NCBI GenBank assembly: GCA_021798275.1
Contig: JAJZMK010000053.1
Coordinates: 1,564 to 65,563 of the forward strand
DNA from: Actinomycetes bacterium
Lineage (GTDB): Bacteria > Actinomycetota > Acidimicrobiia > Acidimicrobiales > Bog-793
Reading direction: 5' to 3'
Length of the DNA: 64,000 nucleotides
Part shown: in pieces, positions 30,194 through 40,889 of the stretch
Numbering within the stretch: position 1 is the first letter of the stretch
Layout of the letters: every line of letters begins with the position of its first letter
Notes under the pieces: generated by a model
Seen by the model: only the letters and a program-made list of their open reading frames with translations
Databases searched by the model: none
Told to the model about the DNA's origin: nothing
Position numbers and translations under genes: made by a program

Positions 30194-31246
30194 CTAGTAA
30201 TCTGACCGGCGACTTAAGCTTATTCTTGCCGATAGCTGTCCGCAGGCGGCATCGATATCTTGGCCCCTTGTCCGTCGAATGGTGGCATTTACTCCAAGTC
30301 CGGAAAGAGTGGAGTAAAAATTTTGAATTTGTCGGAGCGGGGATGGGGAGAAGTGTAAAACCTCTCCTCCCGACGTGGGGTTGAGCGGTATCAAATTGAC
30401 ATGAGCGCTTGGCGTAAGAGACAAGGCCAAGTCGGCAAGTTCCAAAGCATCGCGCTCTGAATCATTAACATCTTTTATCAAAGCCCACTCAAAGGATATT
30501 CTTCGGTTAGTCTTTTCCAGATATTCCCGACAGGCCTCAATGAGCATGTCAATCGGGTACTTCTTGTTTATCGGAACCAATTGGGATCGCAAGGTATCAT
30601 TGGCTGCATGTAGTGACACCGCCAAGTTTACCGGTAATTTTTCTCCGGATAGTTTTTTGATACCCGGAACTATTCCCACCGTTGATAGAGTAATTTTTCT
30701 GGCAGAAAGGCCAACATAATCCAAAAGTCTTCTGACACTTGCCAAAACGGGATTGTAATTTGCCAATGGCTCACCCATACCCATGTATACGATATGGTCT
30801 AGACGTCTTCCGTCTTTTTTAGCATCACGAGCTGCCACTATGACTTGCTCAATAATTTCTCCTACACTTAAGTGTCGCTTGAATCCCGCATCGCCTGTAG
30901 CGCAGAATTCGCAGGCCATAGCGCAACCTGCCTGGGATGAGATACAGATGGTAGACCTTTTGGGTGAATGCATGAGGACAGACTCAATTTGAGCACCATC
31001 GTGAAGTCGGAAAAGGTATTTAGTTGTTTGACCTCGATCGGAAGAAGAGCGTGCGAGTTCGGTTAAAGTCGGCCTTAGCTTGTCCTCTAATGATAATTTA
31101 CTTCTCAAGGGAGCAGGTAAGCCTACAATATCAGCCGGGAGAAGAAAATTGCCGTAAAGCCCATGCATAAGCTGTCTGACTCGAAAAGCCGGGTATTCAG
31201 TCAGAAAGTCTTCAAACCATTCTTGATCAAAGTCGTATAATCCCAT
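30194..31246 (-). CDS. rlmN: 23S rRNA/tRNA (adenine-C2)-methyltransferase RlmN (radical SAM)
   Basis: 'QAGCAMACEFCATG' (CxxxCxxC), 'YMGMGEPLAN', C-terminal 'IDAACGQL'. Confidence 0.9.
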   Translation of the reverse strand: MGLYDFDQEWFEDFLTEYPAFRVRQLMHGLYGNFLLPADIVGLPAPLRSKLSLEDKLRPTLTELARSSSDRGQTTKYLFRLHDGAQIESVLMHSPKRSTICISSQAGCAMACEFCATGDAGFKRHLSVGEIIEQVIVAARDAKKDGRRLDHIVYMGMGEPLANYNPVLASVRRLLDYVGLSARKITLSTVGIVPGIKKLSGEKLPVNLAVSLHAANDTLRSQLVPINKKYPIDMLIEACREYLEKTNRRISFEWALIKDVNDSERDALELADLALSLTPSAHVNLIPLNPTSGGEVLHFSPSPLRQIQNFYSTLSGLGVNATIRRTRGQDIDAACGQLSARISLSRRSDY

Positions 31247-31649
31247 TTAGCGGTAATTATAGTCAGCCTTTGGCGTTCCTAATTAAACTTCCCTAACTTC
31301 GTCAGGGATCTGGTTTATATTTCTAGGCATCTGTGGCTTAAATCTGATACAAAGTATATTTTATGTTCCCATCGAAGGTAATGCCATGTTTATTTTTCTA
31401 AAATCGCCAATGTAAATTATCAATTGAGCCGTCCATTGAGAATGTAGGAGTTCTGTTATATGAAAATAAGTTTTACATCGTCTCAATGGACCCTCTTTCC
31501 TCATTAGGCGAATGAAAAATGTTATTGTTTTAGATAAAGTTTTCATATTTCGGAAATATCCGCTCCCTCTTTTGACGCAACACATGTCGCATCGCAATCT
31601 CTCAGATCGTCTATGTCGTATTAGTTAGGTAAGTCAAGGTGCTTGTATC

Positions 31650-32810
31650 TTATCCTACCGCTTTAGTATCGAGGGTGTATAAAATGTCTTTATGGTCGCA
31701 AGTAAACCCCATAGATTCGTAAAGTCTGATAGCTGGGACATTTGAAGATTCACAATATAGTGAGCAAATCTCTACTCCTTGTTCTGCCAGGTAGGATATA
31801 GCTTTTAATAATAATTTTTCGCCAAGTCCGTATCCTTGCCAGTCAGCATCAATAGCGAGTATGTAGATCTCGCCAATTCGCGGATGCTCATTCGGCTGAG
31901 TTTTGATAATTTTTGTCCAACAGAATCCAGCCAGCTTAGTATCAATTTCCAGAAGGAAAAACCCGTTGGGATCAAACCAGGAAAGGCACTCCCGCCAAAG
32001 AATATCATCTCGGTTCCATTTTCCTTGGTCGGCATGACTTTCAAAAGCACGGTTATTGAGATCCAGCCATATTTGCTCATCATGACCAATTCGAAAAGTT
32101 CTTATTTCATATACCGGAGATATATTTTTCTTAACGGAAGAAGAAAGATTTAAATTACTATCGTATTTTTTGTATTTCTCCAAGTGCTTGTGCATACATA
32201 AAACAACCGAAGACTCTATGAAAAGAAGTTTTTGAGCCGCTTCACATATTGTAGAGGGTGCTTTGGGTGCGAACAATTGAATAGTCCCACCACCATTTTC
32301 TTCCACATATGCGATCGCAATTTTGAGAAATATGTCCATCAATCGTAGACGGTCGACTTCTTTTTCTATGTTCAATATAGTAGCTAAATGCCAACGCTTG
32401 TGACCATAAGATAGTTGCATATAACCAATTGCGTCATCAGGTGAAATTCGTTGATCGCTATCATAGGCCATTATGTAATCAGAAGAAGAGGTTTTGTATT
32501 GCTCTCTATCATCTAAGTCATGTAAACCTACTTCGGGCTTAGCGTATGCGAAAAACGAATAGGAAAATTGTATACTGGGTAAGTAGCAGATATTTGTATC
32601 ATTATATTTAGGGGTCGCGTCGGGGAAATAATTTTCTAAAATCTCTCTGGCATCGGAGCTATTAGCGGTACGTATCAGTGATAAAAGCATTACTTCGTTA
32701 AGTGGCTCGTGCTTATCTTTCAACAGCGATTGATGATAGAGAAATGCAATCTGTTTGTAATGCTTGTGATCATGTTTCTCAATTGGTTGGATATAGATTA
32801 TATTAGTCAT
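31650..32810 (-). CDS. mshD: Two-domain GNAT acetyltransferase, probable mycothiol synthase
   Basis: The C-terminal half matches the MshD pattern as I recall it: 'NNRAFESHADQGKW', 'WFDPNGF', 'GFCWTK', 'GEIYILAIDADWQGYGLG', 'AIRLYESMGF'. Confidence 0.65.
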   Translation of the reverse strand: MTNIIYIQPIEKHDHKHYKQIAFLYHQSLLKDKHEPLNEVMLLSLIRTANSSDAREILENYFPDATPKYNDTNICYLPSIQFSYSFFAYAKPEVGLHDLDDREQYKTSSSDYIMAYDSDQRISPDDAIGYMQLSYGHKRWHLATILNIEKEVDRLRLMDIFLKIAIAYVEENGGGTIQLFAPKAPSTICEAAQKLLFIESSVVLCMHKHLEKYKKYDSNLNLSSSVKKNISPVYEIRTFRIGHDEQIWLDLNNRAFESHADQGKWNRDDILWRECLSWFDPNGFFLLEIDTKLAGFCWTKIIKTQPNEHPRIGEIYILAIDADWQGYGLGEKLLLKAISYLAEQGVEICSLYCESSNVPAIRLYESMGFTCDHKDILYTLDTKAVG

Positions 32811-33060
32811 GGGCTATTTTCTGTAAAGTCGTTTATATAGTATCTTACCGAGACTTACCCGCCGGCAGTTCTATGAGCCAGCCTCATATATTCGGTCAAT
32901 GATTTTTATCAGGCAAAAATATACCGAGCCCTTAGTCTTCGGCCTATTTGAATATCTGCTTACCGGCAAAGATCGTACACCCGGTTCTAATCTATAGACT
33001 TTATAAACGACATCTTGGTGGCCGCAATCGATCGGTAATTGTATAACTCAAGATATCGAT

Positions 33061-34011
33061 TCAGTTGGGACATCCCTTGACGTTGAATTCGGGCCAGTAA
33101 TCTGTGTTAGATGGGCATATGTGGAACTTTTCCACTTTATTGATGACGGATAGGACATACGAACCGATTAATTCCTGTCCGGCTTGCGGTGCTATATGTA
33201 CACCGTCTGAGTCGCGTACCGTTGTCAGCATCCCTTCCGGATCTTTTAGATATTGTGTGAAGCCACCAAGTGAATTTTGAAATAGCTTCCATGATGATAC
33301 ATAGGTGACATTTTTGTAGGCTTTAGCTTCGCCAATATAGATGCTGTTTAACTTTTGCATCGCTACATTACTAAGGACGGAATAGCTAGCCATAATCGGA
33401 ACCCCTACCCAGAAAACATGGCACTTAGCCCTAGCTGCTTCGTTCATCATTTCGGCGACTCTAAAACTGTAGTCTTTATACCATAACGGAGTGCCAAAGT
33501 ATGCCACCTGACCGGATTGTTCAAAGCCGACAGAGTCATTTCCTCCTATCAACACGACCACAATTTGTGGATGAACGCGTTCCAGTTCCGTGTTGAAAGT
33601 AACAGGCCAATTGTAGTAAGCCGTATTGGCAAGTCCCGTTGATCCGACCGAATCCAAAGTAAGATGTATATACGGGTTTGTGCCTATAATGTCTTGCAAG
33701 CCATATCCCAAGTCTTCTCCCAGCGAGTCGCCTATAGACAGAATACTCAGAGGGTGCTTAGTCGATGGTTCCAAAATAGTGGTCGTCGGTGTCGTGATTA
33801 CAGGCTTCCTGGTGAGTTTATGGGTCTTTTTATGTCGGCCATGGTAGGAACTTTGTTTTTTGTTATGATGGGGGGTATGAACCTCGGCATTGATGGATAA
33901 ACCGAATCCGCTTAATGCGATGACAACCAGAAGCGTAAGCATCCAATATGTGTAAGATTTTCTTAATACCAGATGATTTTCCACCTTCTTCTTAGTCCGC
34001 ATGAAACCCAT
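33061..34011 (-). CDS. Membrane-anchored SGNH/GDSL-family hydrolase
   Basis: N-terminal TM segment. Block I 'SIGDSLGEDLG', block III 'LIGGNDS', block V 'DGVHI'. Confidence 0.65.
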   Translation of the reverse strand: MGFMRTKKKVENHLVLRKSYTYWMLTLLVVIALSGFGLSINAEVHTPHHNKKQSSYHGRHKKTHKLTRKPVITTPTTTILEPSTKHPLSILSIGDSLGEDLGYGLQDIIGTNPYIHLTLDSVGSTGLANTAYYNWPVTFNTELERVHPQIVVVLIGGNDSVGFEQSGQVAYFGTPLWYKDYSFRVAEMMNEAARAKCHVFWVGVPIMASYSVLSNVAMQKLNSIYIGEAKAYKNVTYVSSWKLFQNSLGGFTQYLKDPEGMLTTVRDSDGVHIAPQAGQELIGSYVLSVINKVEKFHICPSNTDYWPEFNVKGCPN

Positions 34012-34138
34012 ATGCCCTTACTTGCTGTTCGATTCGTTCGGTATCGTTTTTAGAATTCTATTAGATTAATAGTCCAATGACTAGTTGGCAAGAGTTTTTT
34101 CTATCTAATAAACACTATAGGCTATATTGGTATAAGTA

Positions 34139-34840
34139 ATGAAACCGTCAAATTCTTCCATAGAACAGAGAGATGGTAAAAGTAATGTTGCTCTTGTTAC
34201 TCGCACTCTGGAGATAATGAAAAGACTGGAGCGGGAGTATCCCGGTTCGGCCAAGGATTTGTGTGCTTTGACTTTCAATAACCCTTTTGAGCTTTTGGTG
34301 GCCACGATTTTATCGGCGCAATGTACGGACCAAAGAGTCAATATGGTTACCCCCAGGCTATTTGAAAAGTACCCTACGCCGGAAGCGATGGCATCTGCTG
34401 ACATCGAAGACGTAGCCGACATCATCAAATCTACCGGGTTTTTCCACTCCAAAGCCAGCAATATTATTAAAATGGCAGCAGCCCTGGTTCAAAATTTTTC
34501 TTCAAACGTGCCTGCCGATATAGAAAAGCTGGTGACATTGTCCGGGGTTGGGAGGAAAACAGCCAATGTTGTGCTGAGCGTAGGTTTCTCCTTGCCTGGA
34601 TTACCTGTCGATACCCACGTCAAGCGACTTAGCAAGAGACTGGCTTTGACCGCTTTTGATGATCCGGAAAAGATAGAAGCAGACTTGAACAAACTGGTAG
34701 GTGATAAGGACAGAGGAGCTTTCAGTCTGCGCTTAATCTTGCACGGTAGGAAGGTATGCATTGCCAGAAAGCCAAAATGTGAAGAATGTATTTTGGCTGA
34801 CATCTGTCCCTCTTCTCGGATGCCTGTCGTTGATATTTGA
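34139..34840 (+). CDS. nth: Endonuclease III
   Basis: HhH-GPD 'LVTLSGVGRKTANVVL', 'VDTHV' and 4Fe-4S cluster loop 'CIARKPKCEECILADIC'. Confidence 0.9.
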   Translation: MKPSNSSIEQRDGKSNVALVTRTLEIMKRLEREYPGSAKDLCALTFNNPFELLVATILSAQCTDQRVNMVTPRLFEKYPTPEAMASADIEDVADIIKSTGFFHSKASNIIKMAAALVQNFSSNVPADIEKLVTLSGVGRKTANVVLSVGFSLPGLPVDTHVKRLSKRLALTAFDDPEKIEADLNKLVGDKDRGAFSLRLILHGRKVCIARKPKCEECILADICPSSRMPVVDI

Positions 34841-35066
34841 TCCGGATGGAAAAGCTTTTTTGCTTTTGGAATAGGTGCCGATCAAAATCAAGGCAACATT
34901 TTTATAAAGAACCGTACTCGATCACTAGGCATGATAGATAGTCATGATAGGGTAGAGGCAAAAGTATGTTTTTAATACAATTTATATGCATCCTTCCATA
35001 TAATCAACTATGATAACGCCTATCGATTTAATAGCTAATCGGTGACGTAAGGAGGGAATTTAATTT

Positions 35067-35981
35067 ATGGTCCAATTGCTCAAAGATAAGCGCGCCATGA
35101 TGACTATTACCACCTGTGTGGCAGTGTTCGCTTTAGCGCAGGTACTTGCTTTATTAGCATACGCTACTTTGTCGTATCAGACATTGTTTGCGACCGGCAC
35201 TACGACAAGTGAAGATTTTGAAACCGGTTTATTCTGGCTGGAGTTTGTAGCCGCTCTGGGTCTTCTCGTCATATCTGCCAGTAAAGGCTGGGAGTCCTTC
35301 TTAAAAAAAGACTGGAAGACAACGGGTGAATTGGCCGGGGTCGTCATCTCCTTCCTTTTGATAACAATCGGTTATCTAATCGAAGCCATTAATGTTGCCA
35401 CTAACGCCGCCACTAATTATTCCGTAGCCGTAGCGGTGGGTATAGGACTATTTGGGCTGTTACTTTTGTATAAAGCCGGAGAAGCTTCTCTGGCTGAGCA
35501 GAGTAATCCTCAGCTGCCAAAAGACGCCAGGCTTTGGTTGATGAGCTCGGTGGCGACAATAGCGATAGCGGTAGGCCAAGGAGTCCTCACCACGCTAAGT
35601 TCCTCGGAGTCTATAGCAAGCGGAATCATTTCCGCTATAGGATTTGGTCTTTTGGTCTATGTGGTGTCATTTTCCTATAAGGCAGGACGATTTACTTCCA
35701 TTATGACCCGTCAAGTCGTGAGGGGAACGGCAGTATTTTGTGCCTGGGGTATTTTTACGGCAATAGTGCAAGGCTGGGAGTATTCCTCTTCCCATGGGAC
35801 AGTGACAGGGCTGAGAGTGGTGGGATCATTGTCGAACTTTATTTTAGCTCTGGGTTTTGGTTTTCTTACCTATGCTTGTTGGGGTGTGTTGTCAGGGGTA
35901 GGTGGATATCGCGGCCCTATGCCATTTACGACTACACCGGAGTTGCCGATCGCTGAAGATCAGGGTGATAAAGAGGTCTAA
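35067..35981 (+). CDS. Multi-pass membrane protein of unknown function
   Basis: Seven or more hydrophobic segments. No recognisable motif. Confidence 0.5.
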   Translation: MVQLLKDKRAMMTITTCVAVFALAQVLALLAYATLSYQTLFATGTTTSEDFETGLFWLEFVAALGLLVISASKGWESFLKKDWKTTGELAGVVISFLLITIGYLIEAINVATNAATNYSVAVAVGIGLFGLLLLYKAGEASLAEQSNPQLPKDARLWLMSSVATIAIAVGQGVLTTLSSSESIASGIISAIGFGLLVYVVSFSYKAGRFTSIMTRQVVRGTAVFCAWGIFTAIVQGWEYSSSHGTVTGLRVVGSLSNFILALGFGFLTYACWGVLSGVGGYRGPMPFTTTPELPIAEDQGDKEV

Positions 35982-36061
35982 GTGGGAATGGCTTTGGTTT
36001 GTAGCTGACTTCCTAAAAGGCTATAACATTTATGACTCACCTACTGTTTTGAAACGCTGAT

Positions 36062-36096
36062 AAAACGCCATGACCCTTCGTGGGTTATGGCGTTTT
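36062..36096. terminator. Bidirectional intrinsic terminator between convergent genes
   Basis: AAAACGCCATgACCC-ttcg-GGGTtATGGCGTTTT, with A/T runs on both sides. Confidence 0.7.
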
Positions 36097-36139
36097 ATCT
36101 TGTGAAAACCGGTTGCGCGATCTTTTATATGGCGTCTCC

Positions 36140-36331
36140 TCATTTGGTCGACAGGAGTCTTTCCATCCTATGATTAGCAGTACTCAGGTGGCGTTCAATA
36201 TTGTAAAGTTCGTAAGCGCTTTCTTCGTCTTTGGCATCGGATGCCAATTTAGCCATTGTCGATACCCTGTCGTGTACTTGCAGCAAAAGAGAGTTTAGGG
36301 AAGATAGTTCGGATCTGTCTACCGTCATCAC
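36140..36331 (-). CDS. Small (63 aa) predicted helical protein of unknown function
   Basis: The ORF is followed by the strong terminator at 36062-36096. Heptad-like pattern, no recognisable motif. Confidence 0.4.
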   Translation of the reverse strand: MMTVDRSELSSLNSLLLQVHDRVSTMAKLASDAKDEESAYELYNIERHLSTANHRMERLLSTK

Positions 36332-36740
36332 TCTATATTAGCTCTATGTTTTCGATATTTTTAGAGCGGTGAATACTTTTCGACATAAAGACGTTTCAAG
36401 CTGTAACTGAGAGAGAAATGAATTTTAGTATAAATAAGTATCGGAAAATCTAAGTCTAATCCTATCTCAATCGACAGGAACCTTTACGTATGAGTATTTT
36501 AATTAGTTGGTAAAAACCTACTTTTTGATGATGTGTTTCCGAGATACCTGACCGCTGTAAGCATAGGACAACTGTCAGGGTATCTCTGAATATCTTAAAA
36601 ATTGTGTAGAAAGTCGTGGGAATGGACAGTCCATCGGATGTTCAATTATGATTGTAGGTATGACTCTTATCTTTGGTGAAAAACATGTTCAAATCTATAA
36701 AAACCTAAAAATAAGCTTTCTAAATGGTTAGGCTAATATT

Positions 36741-38039
36741 GTGCTACCTATACTAGATATCAGATCGGTAAAAGACGACGAAGATCTCTATCTGCCACGT
36801 CCCGATCTTTTGGGCCAAGACTACCAAAAGACAGTGGAAGACATCATAGAAGATGTGAGACAAAGAAAAGACGTTGCCCTCTTTGAATTGACCGAACGTT
36901 TTGACGGGGTTAAATTATCGGCGCTTGCGGTGGATAAAGAGGAGATCGAGCAAAGTAAAACTTTGATCTCTCCAACATTACTTGAAGCCTTGTATGCAGC
37001 CGCACATTCCATTACTAAATTTCATGAGCACCGCGGGTGTTTACCTGGAATATATGAAAACAACGGTATAACCATTTCACATATGGAAATACCGGTGGAA
37101 AGCGCAGGCTTATATGTACCTGGCGGACGGGCAAAATATCCTTCCAGTGTTTTGATGACGACAATTCCAGCTAAGGTTGCCGGGGTAAAAAGAATCGTAT
37201 GCTGCACCCCTCCTTCCTCAAACGGGCATGTAGCTCCGGAAATACTGGCAGCTTGCGCTATAGCGGGGGTGGATGAAGTATATTCTGTCGGCGGAGCACA
37301 CTCTATAGCTGCCATGGCTTACGGGACGGAGTCGATAAGAAAAGTAGATGTTATTTGTGGACCCGGCTCCAAGCTGGTATCGATAGCTCAAAGCAAAGTA
37401 AGGTCTGTAGTCGGTGTACCGTCGGCTTTCGCCGGTCCCTCGGAGGTCGTTGTGGTGGCCGATGACAGCACCCCGGCAGCCTGGGCCGCCATGGATATTT
37501 TGGTTCAAGCTGAGCACGGTCCCGACGGACTCGCTTGGCTCGTAACTGATTCCAAAGAAAAAGCCGATGAAGTCAACTTGGAAATAGAGAGATTGTTGTC
37601 TGTGGCACCAAGGCGACAGCAAATAGAATCGACACTTGATAAAGGTGGATATATAGTACTGGCAAAGGATCTTGAGCAAGCCGCCGTGGTTGTCAATGAA
37701 ATTGCCCCGGAACATCTGGAGCTTATGGTAGCTGACCCCGACTCTTTGTTGGGGTCCATTAAGAATGCCGGAGCAATCTTTATGGGTTTCTACGCTCCGG
37801 CCAGTGTAGGAGATTATCTGGCCGGTCCGAGCCATGTACTGCCAACTTTTAGAACAGCTAAATTTTCATCCGTCCTAGGAGTAGAAGACTTTATAAAAAG
37901 AGTTCACGCCATTTCTCTGACAGACCAAGGGTTGGTTAATTTTGCTCCTTACGTAGCCGCTATTGCCGAATCAGAGGGTCTGGAGGCTCACAAAGAATCG
38001 GTACTGATGAGGATAAATAGCCCTACGTGGTCTAAATAA
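36741..38039 (+). CDS. hisD: Histidinol dehydrogenase
   Basis: 'GGAHSIAAMAYGT', 'QAEHGPD', 'APEHLEL', 'GDYLAGPSHVLPT'. GTG start. Confidence 0.95.
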   Translation: MLPILDIRSVKDDEDLYLPRPDLLGQDYQKTVEDIIEDVRQRKDVALFELTERFDGVKLSALAVDKEEIEQSKTLISPTLLEALYAAAHSITKFHEHRGCLPGIYENNGITISHMEIPVESAGLYVPGGRAKYPSSVLMTTIPAKVAGVKRIVCCTPPSSNGHVAPEILAACAIAGVDEVYSVGGAHSIAAMAYGTESIRKVDVICGPGSKLVSIAQSKVRSVVGVPSAFAGPSEVVVVADDSTPAAWAAMDILVQAEHGPDGLAWLVTDSKEKADEVNLEIERLLSVAPRRQQIESTLDKGGYIVLAKDLEQAAVVVNEIAPEHLELMVADPDSLLGSIKNAGAIFMGFYAPASVGDYLAGPSHVLPTFRTAKFSSVLGVEDFIKRVHAISLTDQGLVNFAPYVAAIAESEGLEAHKESVLMRINSPTWSK

Positions 38040-38079
38040 GCATACTATAGACGGAGATATCGATACAAAAGGATCGCTA

Positions 38080-39138
38080 ATGTTACCCAGGGAAGGCATC
38101 TCGATTCAGGAAGGATATCATTCACCCCAGGTGGATGTAGAGATAAGGCTGAATACCAATGAATCTCCGGAGGGCCCCAACGAAGGTTTTTTGGAAGCTG
38201 TATATGAAGAAATAAAAGCACTGTCTTGGAACCGTTATCCGGATCGCAGAGCCCGTCTTTTGTCAAAAGCCATAGCCGATTTTCATAATCTGGAACCCGA
38301 AAACGTATTTGTGGCCAACGGTTCCAATGAAGTTTTACAGACGATTCTCCTTGCTTACGGGGGTCATAAGAGAAGAGCGGCCATCTTTGAACCTACTTAT
38401 TTATTACATAGTCATATATGCAATTTGACTTCCACAAATGTAATTGCATTTCCGCGAGGCGAGGATTTTCTTATTCAAAAATCCGTCTTGGGAGATCTTT
38501 TCCAGGCCAAGCCGGAAATTATATTTATCTGTTCACCAAATAACCCCACGGGACGGGTAGAAGACAGAGAGATCATTGAAGAAATCGTTGCCAATGCTCC
38601 GGGACTTGTCATAGTCGACGAAGCATACGGACAGTTTTCTCCTTTTTCGGCGGCCGATCTTTTGACAAGCCATAAATCTTTGCTGGTGGTAAAAACTTAT
38701 TCAAAGACCTGGGCTTTGGCCGGATTGCGGCTCGGATATGTATTGTGTGATAAAGAAATTGCCGATGTTCTTTGGGAAGTAGCCCTCCCTTATCACCTGG
38801 ATTCTTTTAAACAGATAGCGGGGAGGGTTGCTCTTGGTGCTGCAGCGCAAATGGATGAGAGGGTAAAAAGACTTATCGGCGAGCGTGAGATCATTTCCGA
38901 GCGTTTGACTTCTCTCGGTTTTGACGTAGTACCGTCACAGGCAAATTTTATTTTGTTCGGCTCTACTACTCTAGATGCCAAGTATCTCTGGAATGAGCTT
39001 TTGCTCCGGAACGTATTGGTACGAGACGTAACGTCTTTCCCAAAAATCGGCAATAAATTGCGTGTTACCGTCGGCAGTCATGGCGAAAATCAATCTTTCC
39101 TGAATGCACTGACAGATATAGTAGCGGCGAGCAATTGA
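38080..39138 (+). CDS. hisC: Histidinol-phosphate aminotransferase
   Basis: 'NRYPD', 'SPNNPTG', 'VIVDEAY', PLP-lysine region 'YSKTWALAGLRLGY'. Confidence 0.9.
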   Translation: MLPREGISIQEGYHSPQVDVEIRLNTNESPEGPNEGFLEAVYEEIKALSWNRYPDRRARLLSKAIADFHNLEPENVFVANGSNEVLQTILLAYGGHKRRAAIFEPTYLLHSHICNLTSTNVIAFPRGEDFLIQKSVLGDLFQAKPEIIFICSPNNPTGRVEDREIIEEIVANAPGLVIVDEAYGQFSPFSAADLLTSHKSLLVVKTYSKTWALAGLRLGYVLCDKEIADVLWEVALPYHLDSFKQIAGRVALGAAAQMDERVKRLIGEREIISERLTSLGFDVVPSQANFILFGSTTLDAKYLWNELLLRNVLVRDVTSFPKIGNKLRVTVGSHGENQSFLNALTDIVAASN

Positions 39139-39354
39139 GGATGTGTATAGCTCGCCTGAGAGAATAAAATATCGCATCAGGAGAAGATCTTTATATGGCC
39201 ATACCGTCGGGTGTCGCCAGATGAAGAGTTGCTTTTGTTATATCAACAGGGACAGCTAAGCTTTATTTTTCCCGTGTGCTAGAATTCAGTTTTATTTGTC
39301 ACTGTCTCAGACGAGAACGGGTATAAAGTTATCCAACAACAATTAGGAAAACGA

Positions 39355-40002
39355 ATGTCAAATAGCATTGATGGTTTGAACTCAAGATACGGGAAAGTTA
39401 TCCGAAAAACCAACGAATCAGATGTGTATGTAGAAGTCCATTTGGATGAAAATGCCGGCGATAACGCAACCGCTGAAGGCAAAATTCTCGGGGTATCGTG
39501 TGAAACCGGTATTCCGTTCTTTGATCACATGCTGTCTCAATTGGGTAAACATTCCGGCATAGGGCTCATCATAAAATCTAAAGGTGATATCAATGTCGAT
39601 ACACATCACAGTGTGGAAGATGTCGGTATTACGTTAGGGCAGGCATTTTCAAAAGCCCTGGGAGATAAAAAAGGTGTTTCTCGATTTGCTTCCGCCTTTG
39701 TGCCTCTTGATGAAGCTCTCGCTCAAGTCGTAATCGATCTATCGGGTCGGGGATATCTGGTCTATAATGTCGAGACGGAGAGCTCTTTGCCTCTTGGTAA
39801 TCCCGGTTTTGAACCGCAGCTAGCGGAAGAGTTTTTGCGTGCTTTTGCAGCGAACGGCCAATTTACTTTGCACGTTAACCTCGCGTATGGGAAAAATACT
39901 CATCACATTCTGGAAGCGATTTTTAAAGCTTTGGGGCGAGCCGTTGCTTCTTCTATTAAGATAGAAGGACGAGAGATACCTTCGACCAAAGGTGTATTGT
40001 GA
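39355..40002 (+). CDS. hisB: Imidazoleglycerol-phosphate dehydratase
   Basis: 'IPFFDHMLSQLGKHS', 'DTHHSVEDVGITLG', 'GKNTHHILEAIFKALGRA'. Confidence 0.95.
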   Translation: MSNSIDGLNSRYGKVIRKTNESDVYVEVHLDENAGDNATAEGKILGVSCETGIPFFDHMLSQLGKHSGIGLIIKSKGDINVDTHHSVEDVGITLGQAFSKALGDKKGVSRFASAFVPLDEALAQVVIDLSGRGYLVYNVETESSLPLGNPGFEPQLAEEFLRAFAANGQFTLHVNLAYGKNTHHILEAIFKALGRAVASSIKIEGREIPSTKGVL

Positions 40003-40640
40003 TTGCCGTTTTGGATTACGGAATAGGCAATTTACGTTCGGCGGAAAAAGCCCTGCTGGCTGTAGGCGCCCAAGCCAGACTTGTCAGTAATCCGGACGAA
40101 GCGGTAAATGCCGAAGCACTTGTTTTACCGGGAGTCGGTTCTTTTGGGGCATGTGCTGATGCTCTCAGGAATTCGGGTCTACATCATGTGGTCTATGACG
40201 CAATCGAGAAAGAAAAGCCTCTGCTCGGTATCTGCGTAGGATTTCAAATGCTTTTTTCTGAATCGGAAGAGAGTCCCGGTATCCCCGGCCTGTCTGTTTT
40301 GGAAGGAGCAATTCTGGCCATGTCGCCGGGAAAGAGACTTCCGCAAATGCAGTGGAATAAATTAAAGCTATCGGATCGACCCGGTTCGGTAATGTTTAGA
40401 GAGATTAGCGACGAGGATCTGTGGTTTTATTTCGTCCATTCATATGCGGCTTATCCGATAGGTTTTTTAGAGAATCCGGTTGTGGTAGCCACTTGCGAAT
40501 ACGGTGAAGAAGTTGTAGCCGCCGTTGAGCGCGGCCCACTCTGGGCAACTCAATTTCATCCTGAGAAATCAGGTGTGATGGGGCTGACGTTGCTTCGCCA
40601 ATTTGTCGGTTTTGTGGCCGGACATAACAAAGGGCTTTAA
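39999..40640 (+). CDS. hisH: Imidazole glycerol phosphate synthase, glutaminase subunit
   Basis: 'LPGVGSFG', 'GICVGFQML', 'QFHPEKS'. GTGA overlap with hisB. Confidence 0.9.
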   Translation: MIAVLDYGIGNLRSAEKALLAVGAQARLVSNPDEAVNAEALVLPGVGSFGACADALRNSGLHHVVYDAIEKEKPLLGICVGFQMLFSESEESPGIPGLSVLEGAILAMSPGKRLPQMQWNKLKLSDRPGSVMFREISDEDLWFYFVHSYAAYPIGFLENPVVVATCEYGEEVVAAVERGPLWATQFHPEKSGVMGLTLLRQFVGFVAGHNKGL

Positions 40641-40889
40641 ATACCGGAGCTGTATCGTTAGATATATACGATTTCTCAGCACCATATTGATCAAACTTGT
40701 ATGTTTGGCGATAATTCCACTAAATTGCAATGATCAATTTTACTTTTTTGCTTTGGGAAAGTATTGCTAGATAGTTGCCCTCTTGCCTCACGAAGCTTGA
40801 GCTAAGGGGTTGTTTTATTTTATGCGGTGCTATATTTGGTTGTTATAAAGGTAATTTACGTACCCGCTACTACAAGGAGTTTTGGTTAA

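Noticed and set aside
31361-31597. 78-aa ORF between rlmN and mshD (MRCDMCCVKRGSGYF...)
   Set aside because: It is Cys/Arg-rich with odd composition, has no ribosome-binding site that I could see and no recognisable motif. It is probably spurious.
37218-37835. 205-aa ORF antisense to hisD. Similar antisense ORFs lie at 14338-14769 and 14244-14510 (guaA), 49064-49495 (trpC), 49949-50497 (trpF), 2827-3153, 19174-19569 and 59311-59769.
   Set aside because: Each lies wholly inside a strongly supported gene on the other strand and has low-complexity or odd composition. These are typical shadow ORFs.
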